NCBI GenBank assembly: GCA_032718475.1
Contig: JAUCBJ010003048.1
Span: 1-54,796, forward strand
DNA: 54,796 nucleotides
Source of the DNA: Nemertoderma westbladi
Lineage: Eukaryota > Animalia > Xenacoelomorpha
Direction: 5' to 3'
Shown: piece by piece, positions 1 to 11,026 of the stretch
How the letters are laid out: every line of letters starts with the position of its first letter
How positions within the stretch are numbered: position 1 is the first letter of the stretch
Program-made: the position numbers and the translations under genes
The notes under the pieces: model-generated
What the model was told of the DNA's origin: nothing
The model's input: the letters and a program-made list of their open reading frames with translations, nothing else
Databases searched by the model: none

Positions 1-2
1 CT

Positions 3-197
3 GTGGGGCGAGTCAAAACTGCGAGCCATCAGCGAACTGTTATTTTTATACTATGGCCGTTTTCTAAAAGTCTGTGTGTCAGTGTGTGCGTGGAGAACCA
101 TAATTGTCGGAAGCCAATATATAACTAGCCATAGTGGCCTATAATTATAATTGTTCGCTAAGATGGCTTGCAGCTTTTGCTGCACGAAGGCCCCACT
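3..197. mobile_element. Degenerate inverted-repeat element (MITE or Helentron-associated HINE-like)
   Basis: gtggggc..aaaactgcgagccatcagcgaac (3-37) is the imperfect reverse complement of gttcgctaagatggcttgcagctttt..gccccac (153-196), with a central TG-rich tract. A related stem-loop, gtggggccttcgcgcagcacgaggccc, lies at about 35922. Confidence 0.45.
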
Positions 198-952
198 CGT
201 GTATATTAGTACATTCATTGGATATTGATGTCAATGTTACATTTAATTCCCTTCTCACACTCTAAATTACTGATGTGGTCGTTTGCATTGTGCCTTCAAA
301 TATAACTTTAGTGACTTAGTCACTCTAGTTATTCACTATTCTATTCTATTCACTTTAGTTAGCGAATACATGATTATCATGAGATGCATGTTAATAAATA
401 TAAAATTAATTTAACACATTAAACTGCCACTCAAAAATATCAATCTCATTTTCTCATTCTCACTGTTTACCATCGTGTTGAAGAAAACTTATTATGTTAA
501 TAGTTATCTATGCTCAGAACTCTTACACTGCACTTTAAACCGCAGTTCCCATTCAGTGTCATTACAGCGAGATTGCCTTGCAGCATTACCATGTGTAACA
601 TAAAACATATGTATATCCATATTGGTTGTTATACTAATTGCAATGTTATCTCAACTCTTAACCAAACACCTGTTAGGTCGTATAATTATGTACCCTTCCT
701 ATACATTGCACATTCAGAGGCTTCTAAGATTAATCTATACTCGAGCTGTATGTAATGTAATCACCCCATTACATATATTGCTAAGCTAATATCGTTGCAA
801 ATACTAATTTCTCTCACAGTACCATAAGTGCAAGAGAAGGCTACATGTGCCAGATGTCGTATCTTTCCCTAGTAACAATCCCACAGCACAGTGGGACAAA
901 GTCAATCCTATTTTTTACTACCCCCTTTTGGTGGCAGCTGTGCGCTGGTCGT

Positions 953-1060
953 ATTGGTTAATCCCCAGCTTGATGTGAGTGTACTGCCTCGCGGCCCTTC
1001 CCTATTGGCTGTTTCCTCCAATCGTTCCTGCCACGCACGGTTGGCCACTCCAGCCACGTC
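953..1060 (+). promoter_or_regulatory. ER-stress-response-like promoter cluster upstream of PDI
   Basis: ATTGG at 953 and 1004; CCAAT-N8-CCACG at 1018-1035 (canonical ERSE has N9); GCCACGTC at 1053-1060 resembles an XBP1/UPRE core. The cluster lies 170-280 bp before the PDI ATG. Confidence 0.5.
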
Positions 1061-1230
1061 GTTGCTCCACAGACTTTGCATGCCACACTAACGCTAGATA
1101 TACGTATCGACTTAGAACGTTATATATTCGCATGCTTTATATAATCGCATGTATAGTCATCACTTTGTGCTGTTAACATCGCTTTTTTCTATTTGTGTTA
1201 ATTTGGGTTATAGCTAAATTTACAATAAAA

Positions 1231-2739
1231 ATGAAATTCATACTTGCTTTAATAATCTCAGTAACAGCAGTTGCTGCAGATATTGTTGAAGAGGACAATG
1301 TTCTCGTTCTCAATAAGGATAATTGGGCTGAAGCCCTTGCCCTGGACTATGTATTGGTGGAGTGGTACGCACCCTGGTGCGGTCATTGTAAATCATTAGC
1401 CCCTGAGTATAAGAAAGCCGCTGTTCAGCTCAACAATGAAGGCAGCGACATCAAGCTCGCCAAGGTCGACGCCACTGTCGAAACCGAACTATCTCAGAAA
1501 TTCGGTGTCCAAGGTTACCCCACCTTGAAGCTTTTCATCAAAGGCCAACCAATCGACTACACTGGTGGCCGCAAGGCTGAGGATATCGCTGCCTGGTGCA
1601 AGAAGAAGACCGGCCCTCCCGCCAAGGAGTTGGAACATATCTCCAAAACAGAGAAATTCATTGATGGCGAGGAAGTTGTTGTCGTTGGTTTCTTTAAAGA
1701 CAGTGGCTCCAATAAGGCTAAGACCTTCCTTGACGTCGCTAGATTAATGGACGATATTTCTTTCGGAATCACAACCAATTCCGATGTCATAAAGAAATAC
1801 GAAGCTGCTGAGGATCAAATCATTATATTTAAGAAATTCGATGACAAGAAGAACGTTTACAAAGGAGACTACAGCGTGGAAGACATCCAGAAGTTTATTC
1901 ACTCCAACACGGTACCACTCGTTACTGAATTCAGCGACGAGACAGCCCCTAAGATATTCGGAGGTCTTATAAAGAGCCATCTTCTTCTCTTTATCGAGAA
2001 AGAAAGCAAGGATTTCGACAAAGTTTTGGCAGACTATAAAAAAGTTGCCGAAGGATTTAAAGGCAAGATCCTGTTTATTTACCTCGACAGCGCCAACGAA
2101 GATAATGAAAAGATAATCGAGTATTTCGGAATTAACAAGGAAAAGGAAATTCCTACACTTCGTCTTATTAATATTGGTGGTGATGATATGGTGAAATACA
2201 AACCAGAAGGCAAAGGTATCGACGCTGCAACCATAAAAACCTTCGCGCAATCCTTCGTCGATGGTAAGTTGAAACCCCACTTCAAGTCCGAAGATCTTCC
2301 AGCCGATTGGGACAAGAATAACGTTAAGGTGCTGGTCGCTACCAACTTCAAGAAAGTTACCGAGGATAAGTCGAAGGATGTTGTGGTAGAGTTCTACGCG
2401 CCGTGGTGCGGACACTGCAAGGAAATCGCTCCGATTTGGGATGATCTTGGGGAGAAATATAAAGACAGCAAGACGGTTGTCATTGCCAAGATCGACGCGA
2501 CCGCCAACGAGATCGATGGTCTCCAGATTAACGGCTTCCCCACCATCAAACTCTTCCAGAAGGACACCAACGTTGTCATTGATTACAACGGAAACAGAGA
2601 CTTGGAAGGTTTTATGAAGTTTATAGATAGCGGAGGTAAGGAAGGTGCTGGACCGAGTGAGGATGACATCGAGGAAGATGATATGGAGGACGATGAAGAG
2701 GATGAAGATGAAGATGACCACCATCGGGATGAGTTGTAA
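1231..2739 (+). CDS. P4HB: Protein disulfide isomerase (PDIA1/P4HB type), single coding exon, 502 aa
   Basis: Signal peptide MKFILALIISVTAVAA; two APWCGHCK thioredoxin active sites in an a-b-b'-a' layout; acidic C-terminal tail; ER retention signal RDEL. The true ATG is at 1231 (the ORF track starts at an upstream GTG). AATAAA at 3122. Confidence 0.97.
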   Translation: MKFILALIISVTAVAADIVEEDNVLVLNKDNWAEALALDYVLVEWYAPWCGHCKSLAPEYKKAAVQLNNEGSDIKLAKVDATVETELSQKFGVQGYPTLKLFIKGQPIDYTGGRKAEDIAAWCKKKTGPPAKELEHISKTEKFIDGEEVVVVGFFKDSGSNKAKTFLDVARLMDDISFGITTNSDVIKKYEAAEDQIIIFKKFDDKKNVYKGDYSVEDIQKFIHSNTVPLVTEFSDETAPKIFGGLIKSHLLLFIEKESKDFDKVLADYKKVAEGFKGKILFIYLDSANEDNEKIIEYFGINKEKEIPTLRLINIGGDDMVKYKPEGKGIDAATIKTFAQSFVDGKLKPHFKSEDLPADWDKNNVKVLVATNFKKVTEDKSKDVVVEFYAPWCGHCKEIAPIWDDLGEKYKDSKTVVIAKIDATANEIDGLQINGFPTIKLFQKDTNVVIDYNGNRDLEGFMKFIDSGGKEGAGPSEDDIEEDDMEDDEEDEDEDDHHRDEL

Positions 2740-3293
2740 CCATAGCAACGTTAAATATTTAGTTTTCAATGTCTGACTGATCCATCAACGGCAGAACAAT
2801 CTAGCCAGTCTTTCTTACAGCGTAGCGTACATCATTAATAATTGTTTGTGTTTTAACTGAAGTAATGCAGTAGATTCTACACGTACATAAAAAATTATAA
2901 TAATGTGTTGTTGTGGTTGTGCGATTTGATGACTTTCGGGTTATTATTACACTGATCAGTTGTTTGTTAAATGTATTTTTAATTGATAATTTGATTTGAA
3001 AATAATCAAGATTGCGTTGTAATTGGATTGCGTTAATTCAACTCATTTTATTTATTTTCATTTTAAAACATCAGATGAACTCTGGGGAGAATCATTGCTT
3101 CTGACTACCGGTACATAAACAAATAAAGTTAAATTCATAAGTAATAATCACATTTAGTTGTACTTATAACCACCGACAGTGAAGTAAAAGACTCAGCTAC
3201 TGGCACCATGATATTCCGACGCGTTACGATTCCGTTTATTCCGAAACCTCTAGCGTAATATCTAGCTGTGCGCGACGGGGTCTGTTTATCAAT

Positions 3294-3672
3294 TGTTAGC
3301 CCACTGTACGGGAGGGTTAGCCGATGGCACAGGGAGGTTAGTTAGCCCACTGTACGGGAGGGTTAGCCGATGGCACAGGGAGGTTAGCCCACTGTACGGG
3401 AGGGTTAGCCGACGGCACAGGGGGGTTAGCCCACTGTACGGGAGGGTTAGCCCACGGCACGGCAAGGTTTGCCGACGGCACAGGGAGGTTAGTCCACTGT
3501 ACGGGAGGGTTAGCCGATGGCACAGGGAGGTTAGCCCACTGTGCGGGAGGGTTAGCCGACGGCACAGGAAGGTTAGCCCACTGTACGGGAGGGTTAGCCG
3601 ACGGCACAGGGAGGTTAGCCCACTGTACGGGAGGGTTAGCCGACGGCACAGGAAGGTTAGCCCACTGTACGG
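3294..3672. repeat. Tandem array of 21-22 bp subunits (43-bp dimer)
   Basis: Unit ggttagcccactgtacgggag/ggttagccgacggcacagggag. Confidence 0.9.
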
Positions 3673-3692
3673 GATGTGTTACGGTAGTGTTA

Positions 3693-3870
3693 GGACAGTA
3701 GCCCCCCGGATAGACCCCCCCCCCCCCCCCGGACAGTAGCCCCCAGACAGTAGTTCCACGGACAATAGCCCGCCGGGACAGTAGCCCCCAGACAGTAGCC
3801 CCCCGAACAGTAGCCCCCCGGACAGTAGCCACCCGGACAGTAGCCCCCAGAACAGTAGCCCCCCCAGCCC
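3693..3870. repeat. About 18-19 bp ggacagtagccccc tandem array with a poly-C run
   Basis: Repeated (g)gacagtagcccc(c)(a/g)ga, about 9 copies. Confidence 0.85.
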
Positions 3871-3959
3871 CAAAATATGAGGAGTATTAAGAAAAAAATA
3901 TCTACATTTTTCATTTATTCAGTAATATTTTATATCAATGAAATTCCAGAATATAATAT

Positions 3960-4265
3960 TTTTTTAATGCTCTTTTTGTATGGTGAATATACTAGAACAT
4001 TAGTAGATATGTTTTTTGTATTATAGCTAGTGTTTTTTGATAGCTAGTATTTTTTGAAATTATAAAAAAAGTGTGAAAACATGGATATTTCAGGTTTAAA
4101 ATGTTGCAGAATATATTAATGACCAAAAAAATTTTCAAAAAATAAAAAATCACTCAAAACAATATTATTATTTTTTATTTTCAAAAAAACTAGCTAGTAA
4201 AAAAACACAAGCCACCATAAAAAAATATCTACTGAGGTTCTAGAACACTAACCATAATATCAAAT
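3960..4265. mobile_element. AT-rich degenerate foldback/MITE family copy
   Basis: ctagaacattagtagatatgtttttt..gctag is paired in inverted orientation with ctagc..aaaaatatctactgaggttctag. The same motifs recur at about 27810-27880 and 29340-29720. Confidence 0.55.
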
Positions 4266-4273
4266 TACGATCC

Positions 4274-4932
4274 TGGAGGGTTAGCCCACGGTACAGGAAG
4301 GTTAGCTGACGGTACACTAAGGTTAACCAATGGTACATGAGGATTAGCCCACGGTACAGGAGGATTGTCCCACGGTAAAGGATGATTATCCCACGGTACA
4401 GGAAGGTTAGCCCACGATACGTGAGGGCTAGCCCACCGTACAGGAGGGTTAGCACACGGTAAAGGAAGGTTAGCCCGCGGTACCATAAGGTTAGCCCACG
4501 GTACATGAAGGTTTGCCCACGGTACAGGAGGATTGACCCACGGCACAGAATGTTAGCCCATGGTACATGAGGATTAGCCCACGGTACAGGAGGGTTAGCC
4601 CACGGTACATGAAGGTTAGCCCACGGTACGGGAAGGTTAGCCCACGGAACGGGAGGGTTAGCCCACCGTAAAGGAGGGTTAGCCCACGGTACATGAAGGA
4701 TAGCTCAGGGTACGGGAGCCCCCCCCCCCCCCCCCCCCCCTAACCCCCCACCGTACAGGAGGGTTAGCCCATGGTACAGGAGGGTTATCCCACTGTACAA
4801 GAAGGTTAGCCCACGGTACATGAAGGTTAGCCCACGCCCACGGTAAGTGAAGGTTAGCCCACTGTACGAGAGGGTTAGCCCACGGCACAGGAAGATTAGC
4901 CCACGATACAGGAAGGTTTTAGCCCACGGTAC
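4274..4932. repeat. Second, more diverged block of the 21-bp ggttagcccacggtac array
   Basis: Unit ggttagcccacggtacaggaa/g, the same family as 3294-3672; the two blocks are separated by the 3673-4273 insert. Confidence 0.9.
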
Positions 4933-4944
4933 TTTTCTGAATAT

Positions 4945-5200
4945 CTCGTGTGTGGACAACTGGTGTGAATACAACTCATGTGTGAACAACAAGTATCTGG
5001 ATAACTCGTGTGTGGACAACTCGTGCGTGGGCAACTCATGTGTGGGTAACTTGTGTGTGTACAACTCATGTGTATACAACTCAGTGTGTACAACTCGTGT
5101 GTGGGTAACTCTTGTGAGAACGACTCTAATCTGGATAACTCGTGTGTGGACAACTCGTGTCTGGACAAATCGTGAGTGGACAACTCGTATCTGGATAACT
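4945..5200. repeat. 15-bp acaactcgtgtgtgg tandem array (left block)
   Basis: About 17 degenerate copies of ggacaactcgtgtgt. Confidence 0.9.
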
Positions 5201-6208
5201 CTCCCAGATATTCCCATTGGCGATATCTCCTTTGCAGAAGTGAAGGCTGCCGCAAAGAGCATTAAGACCAATCGTGCCAGTGGAGTAGATGGTGTTCCCC
5301 CTGAGGTCTTTAAAATACCTGAGCTCATCTATCCCATCATAGTAGACATGTACAGAACAACAAGAGTCCCACAAGAATTGAAAACAAATAAGTTGGTGCC
5401 AGTTCCCAAGAAGGGCAACCTAACACTCTATGGTTATTTTCGGGGAATCTCATTGATCTCGATTGCTGCAAAGCTATACAATCGAATTCTATTAAATCGC
5501 ATCAGGGATCCCATTGAGAGACTGCTCCGTGGAAATCCGAATGGGTTCCGTAAAGGTCGTGGGACCATGGAGCCCATTTTGGCCCTTAGAAGGATAATTG
5601 AAGAGTTATCAAAAAAGAAAGACAGACATCTGGCTGTTATCTTTGTTGACTTTTCAAGGCCTTTGATTCAGTCTCCCGCTCACGTATGTTCAGCATAATT
5701 TCATTATATGGGATTCCCGATGAAATTATTGCAACAATCAGATCAGCATTTGTTCGACAACATTTGTGTCTACTGTGTCTACTACAAAACCATTTTAAGT
5801 GTTATTGGGAGTCCTCCAGGGAGACACACTTGCGCCATTCTTGTTCATAATTGTGGTTGACTATGTTCTACGCATGTCCTTAGATCATCATAATGATGAT
5901 GATGGAAACTCCACCTACAGGCTCCAGAAGTCGAGGAAATCCTTCCAAGTACCTAACTGATCTAGACTTTGCTGATGACTTAGGAGTACTCTCAGAATCA
6001 TTAGAGGGAGCCCAACGGCTCCTCAGCTCATTAGAACATGCTGCTTCTAGTGTTGGTCTTTTTATTAACTCCAAAAAGACGACAATTTTGACAGTTAACT
6101 TTGAAAGTCCTCAGCATAGCAAGTCTCTGACCGGATGAGTATGAGCTCAAAGGATGATATGCTTGAGCATGTGGACGACTTCTGGGATCATGGATCCGGA
6201 AGTCAGAA
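5201..6208 (+). mobile_element. RTE-clade LINE RT fragment, family A (frameshifted, both ends missing)
   Basis: Translates as VPKKGNLT..FRGISLISIAAKLYNRILLNRI..NGFRKGRGT..FVDF, GVLQGDTLAPFLFIIVVDY, DLDFADDL and VGLFINSKKT, and ends near GSWIRKS. Confidence 0.9.
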
Positions 6209-6209
6209 G

Positions 6210-6795
6210 ACGGACAACTCGTGTGAGTACGACTCTTATCTGGATAATTCGTGTGTGTGTACAACTTGTGTGTGGGCAACTCGTGTGTTGACAACTCGTA
6301 TCTGGACAACTCGTGTGAGGACCACACTTATCTGGATTACAACTTGTGTGTGGGCAACTCGTGTGTGGACAACTCGTGTGTGGACAACTCGTATATGGAC
6401 AACTCGTATGTGAAGAACACGCGGTGTACAACTTGTGTGTGTGCAACTCGTGTGTGGAGAAATCATAGTGTTTGTACAACTCGTGTGTGTACAACTTGTG
6501 TGTGGGCAACTCGTGTGTTGACAACTCGTATCTGGACAACTCGTGTGAGGACCACACTTATCTGGATTACAACTTGTGTGTGGGCAACTCGTGTGTGGAC
6601 AACTCGTGTGTGGACAACTCGTATATGGACAACTCGTATGTGAAGAACACGCGGTGTACAACTTGTGTGTGTGCAACTCGTGTGTGGAGAAATCATAGTG
6701 TTTGTACAACTCGTGTGTGTACAACTTGTGTGTGGGCAACTTGTGTGTGGACAACTCGTAGTCTGTGGACAACTCGTTTGTGGACAGCTTGTGTA
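6210..6795. repeat. 15-bp acaactcgtgtgtgg array (right block) with a 230-bp higher-order duplication
   Basis: Same unit as 4945-5200; identical variant strings sit 230 bp apart (6301 and 6531). Confidence 0.9.
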
Positions 6796-7318
6796 CCCAA
6801 AATATAATAATAAACCCAGTGTTTTTGAGTTATTGTTCATTGGTTAGGAACATCCTTTAATACATCAATTTTAAAAAGGCAAAGGCGTATGAGAGATTTC
6901 CGGGCACGAGTAGTCGGGTTGTCATTGTAGAGATTGCAGAAAACGTTGAAAGGTAACTTTGAAGAGATCAAATTGGGTTTTATTTAATATATTTATTTAA
7001 TCAATTAACATTCGCAATAATTTATCAATACATATCCATTAAAAATGTGTAAGATCTCCGTCTATAAGGGGGTCAGTCATTTCTTGTTAACTCTGCAATT
7101 GTAATCAATAATGTACTGTGACCAATCCAGATCTATTCACCATACTGGATGTTTCAAAATGTATAATTTAATTATTTTTATTATTTTTATTCCAAAATTG
7201 TAACATTCCTCAACCCCGATAGTATTAACAGCGAATTGTTATTTAGCACTTTACAACTTTAGAGGACATTACAGCATTGTATTGGCCTGTACATTTAGTA
7301 TTGCATTTGGTGTTATTA

Positions 7319-7403
7319 TGTTTACGTGGTAACCCATGACGGCGTTAAGTAATGTCCACCAAGGGGACATTACTTAATGCCGTCATTGGATACCAGGTAA
7401 ACA
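7319..7403. repeat. 85-bp hairpin (39-bp arms, 7-nt loop)
   Basis: tgtttacgtggtaacccatgacggcgttaagtaatgtcc and ggacattacttaatgccgtcattggataccaggtaaaca, with 4 mismatches. Confidence 0.85.
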
Positions 7404-7937
7404 ATATGTGGAAATTTGCCTGACAGCCAGATAGGCCTACTGCATTACCTACCGGTAGGCGGGGTATAGCTATTAATAATCAGTAGGTCCTAGCTATATT
7501 ATTATAACATGGCTCCAAACGCCACCATAAATATAAGCTAACTTATTTATAACATAATTTATGTCATTTTTACATTTATTTATACCTTAATACCCTATAT
7601 ACCTTATTTGCACCTTAATATATCAGACATACATAACACTTTTGTCAGATGAAATTTTGCTGTGTTTATAAAATTAGGTTAAACATTAAAACAATTACAA
7701 CACGGATAATGGGAGCTATTCACATATAACAATCGAATTCTACTGGAGTTTTCTCACTTGTAAACATAGTAAACATAGGATTATATTGTTTTCGAGTTTG
7801 TCGTTGTCCTGGCAAGCGAATATATCTTATAGCCCATAACATTAAGTGGACTGAAAAGTTTTCAAATAAGTGACCTCCACCAATAATATAATATATAACC
7901 GTGTTTCAGTATATTCCTGGTAGAATTGTGTCTACTA

Positions 7938-10721
7938 TGGTGGGGGGCTATTAGAGTCAGAAAAAATAATAAAAAACTGTAAAAAAAGGCTCTAATAGGC
8001 CATAAACAAGAGTTTTCTTTAAAAAAAAAAGTACGAATTTATGAATTTTATGGCCTATGAGAGAGAGCCACGTCCACCTGATAACAGCCTAGGAGAACCA
8101 AAGACAGCGTAAGAGAGTCAATATTATTCTAAAGGTCTATGCAATTATGCTGAGATGGTGCATAGTGAGACATGGGATACGGGTACCATTATACCGACCT
8201 ATACCAAGCTACATCGACATATACACTCATACAGGACTATACCAACTTAATAAAGAGCTATATACCGACCTATACCGAGCTATAATACCAACCTATGGAA
8301 ATTACTGGCATATACCGATCTATTTCAAATATATGACAATAAATAGGCGAGCTTAGATCCAGGAGAACTTATATCTTAGCGAACTTAGATCCTGCAGGTC
8401 TGACTTCGGTGAACCTAGATCCTTCCTGCCTGTCATAGGTAAATTTAGATCCTACAGGTCTGTCATAGGTGAACTTAGATCCTGCATGTCCGACTTCGGC
8501 GAACTTAGAATCTTCAGATCTGTCATAGGTAAACCTAGATCCTGTAGCACCGAAGTCAGACCTGCAGGATCTAAGTTCACCGAAGTCAGACCTGCAGGAT
8601 CTAAGTTCACCGAAATCAGACCTGCAGGATCTACTTTCGACTATTTAGGATCCATATCTGCAGTATGTTCACAATTTAGGATCTAAGCTCACTAGGTTCT
8701 AAGTTCACCGAAGTCAGACCTGCAGGATCTAAGTTGACCTATGACAGGCAGGAAGGATCTAAGTCCACCCAAGTCAGAAATGCAGGATCTACTTTCGACT
8801 ATTTAGGATCCACATCTGCAGTATGTTCACAAGTTTAGGATCTAAGTTCACTAGGATCTAAGTTCACCGAATTCAGACCTGCAGGATCTAAGTTGACCTA
8901 TGACAGACAGGAAGGATCTAAGTTCATCGAAGTCAGACCTGCAGGTAAGAATAGCTCGGTATAGGTTGGTATATAGCTCTTTATTAAGTTGGTATAGTCC
9001 TGTATGAGTGTATATGTCGATGTAGCTTGGTATAGGTCGGTATATAGCTATTTATTAAGTTGGTATAGTCCTGTATGAGTGTATATGTCGATGTAGCTTG
9101 GTATAGGTCGGTATATAGCTATTTATTAAGTTGGTATAGTCCTGTATGAGTGTATATGTCGATGTAGCTCGGTATAGGTTGGTATATAGCTCTTTATTAA
9201 GTTGGTATAGTCCTGTATGAGTGTATATGTCGATGTAGCTCGGTATAGGTCGGTATATAGCTCTTTATTAAGTTGGTATAGTCCTGTATGAGTGTATATG
9301 TCGATGTAGCTTGGTATAGGTCGGTATATAGCTATTTATTAAGTTGGTATAGTCCTGTATGAGTGTATATGTCGATGTAGCTCGGTATAGGTTGGTATAT
9401 AGCTCTTTATTAAGTTGGTATAGTCCTGTATGAGTGTATATGTCGATGTAGCTCGGTATAGGTCGGTATATAGCTCTTTATTAAGTTGGTATAGTCCTGT
9501 ATGAGTGTATATGTCGATGTAGCTTGGTATAGGTCGGTATATAGCTATTTATTAAGTTGGTATAGTCCTGTATGAGTGTATATGTCGATGTAGCTTGGTA
9601 TAGGTCGGTATATAGCTATTTATTAAGTTGGTATAGTCCTGTATGAGTGTATATGTCGATGTAGCTCGGTATAGGTTGGTATATAGCTCTTTATTAAGTT
9701 GGTATAGTCCTGTATGAGTGTATATGTCGATGTAGCTCGGTATAGGTTGGTATATAGCTCTTTATTACGTTGGTATAGTCCTGTATGAGTGTATATGTCG
9801 ATGTAGCTCGGTATAGGTTGGTATATAGCTCTATATTAAGTTGGTATAGTCCTGTATGAGTGTATATGTCGATGTAGCTCGGTATAGGTTGGTATATAGC
9901 TCTTTATTACGTTGGTATAGTCCTGTATGAGTGTATATGTCGATGTAGCTCGGTATAGGTCGGTATATAGCTCTTTATTAAGTTGGTATAGTCCTGTATG
10001 AGTGTATATGTCGATGTAGCTTGGTATAGGTCGGTATATAGCTATTTATTAAGTTGGTATAGTCCTGTATGAGTGTATGTGTCGATGTAGCTTGGTATAG
10101 GTCGGTATACTGGTACCCGTATCCCATGTCTCACTATGCACCATCTCAGCATAATTGCATATACCTTTAGAATAATATTGACTCACTTATGCTGTCATTG
10201 GCTCTCCTATTGATAGTAACAATGTTTTCAATGATAGTAACAATCCCTTCCTATAATAAATTGGCTCTCCTAGGCAGTTATCAGGTGGACGTGTTTCTCA
10301 TATCTTTTTTTTAAACTCTGGTTTTTTAATACTCTGGTTTATGGCCTATTAGAGCCATTCCCTTTATTCATAGACTAGACAAGTAACTCAGTGACTCTCT
10401 TAGGCTGTCATTAGTGGCTCTTTTAGGGTGTGAATAGGTGGGTGTGGCTCTAATAGGCCAACAAATTGAGATTTTTTCATTATTATTAATAATTTTTTTT
10501 ATTTTTTTGTAAATTTTTTATTTATTTTTTTTTTATTATTATTTTTTTTATTTTATTTTATTTTATTTTTTTTATTGTTTTTTATCTTTTTCTTTATTGT
10601 TTTTATTGTTTTTATTTTATTTTTTTTTTATTTATTTTTTTTTTATTTTTATTTTTTTATTTTCTTTATTATTTTTTTTATTATTATTTTATTTATTTTT
10701 TCTGACTCTAATAGGCCACCA
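7938..10721. mobile_element. 2.8-kb non-autonomous foldback element, TA-flanked, palindromic about position 8547
   Basis: Termini TA|tggtgg..ctattagagtcagaaaaaataa and ttattttttctgactctaataggccacca|TA. The segment 8100-8285 is the reverse complement of about 10020-10205, and the inner 30-bp gaacttagatcctgcaggtctgacttcggt modules are inverted across the centre. Confidence 0.85.
8950..10110. repeat. 71-bp tandem array, about 16 copies, in the right arm of the foldback
   Basis: tgtatgagtg recurs at 9001, 9072, 9143 and onward; the left arm carries only about 1.5 inverted copies (8171-8285). Confidence 0.95.
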
Positions 10722-11026
10722 TATCCAGATGTAATAATGAAATCTGATTAACAATGAATGGTATGTATGATATTGTTTGTGTGGTAAGACACAAAGTCAG
10801 TGAGCATTTGCATACAGGTTAGTTGCCAAATGGTCCGTCCATCTCTCTGGCTCAACGTTTGAACGTTAATATCTCAGGAACGGCTCGGTCTAATTTTATT
10901 GGACGATAGTGGTTGTAGTACCGGTTAGCTAATACAGTTTAAAGGTTTTGTGATGCTACAAAGAATTTCCAGATTCGCAAACTGCTGTAGTGTGGTTCAC
11001 TGACTTCGTGGCTGAAAAAAGTTGTT

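Noticed and set aside
1744-2769. 341-aa antisense ORF over PDI
   Set aside because: Codon-register shadow of a biased coding strand; no recognisable protein features.
3294-4932. Telomere-like GGGTTAG motif in the 21-bp array
   Set aside because: Only one heptamer per unit and no (TTAGGG)n run; not an interstitial telomere.
3293-6847. Many short ORFs in satellites (RVSPLYG, THELS, WTTRV and others)
   Set aside because: Translations of 15- and 21-bp repeats; only the RT part of ORF 4847-5698 is meaningful.
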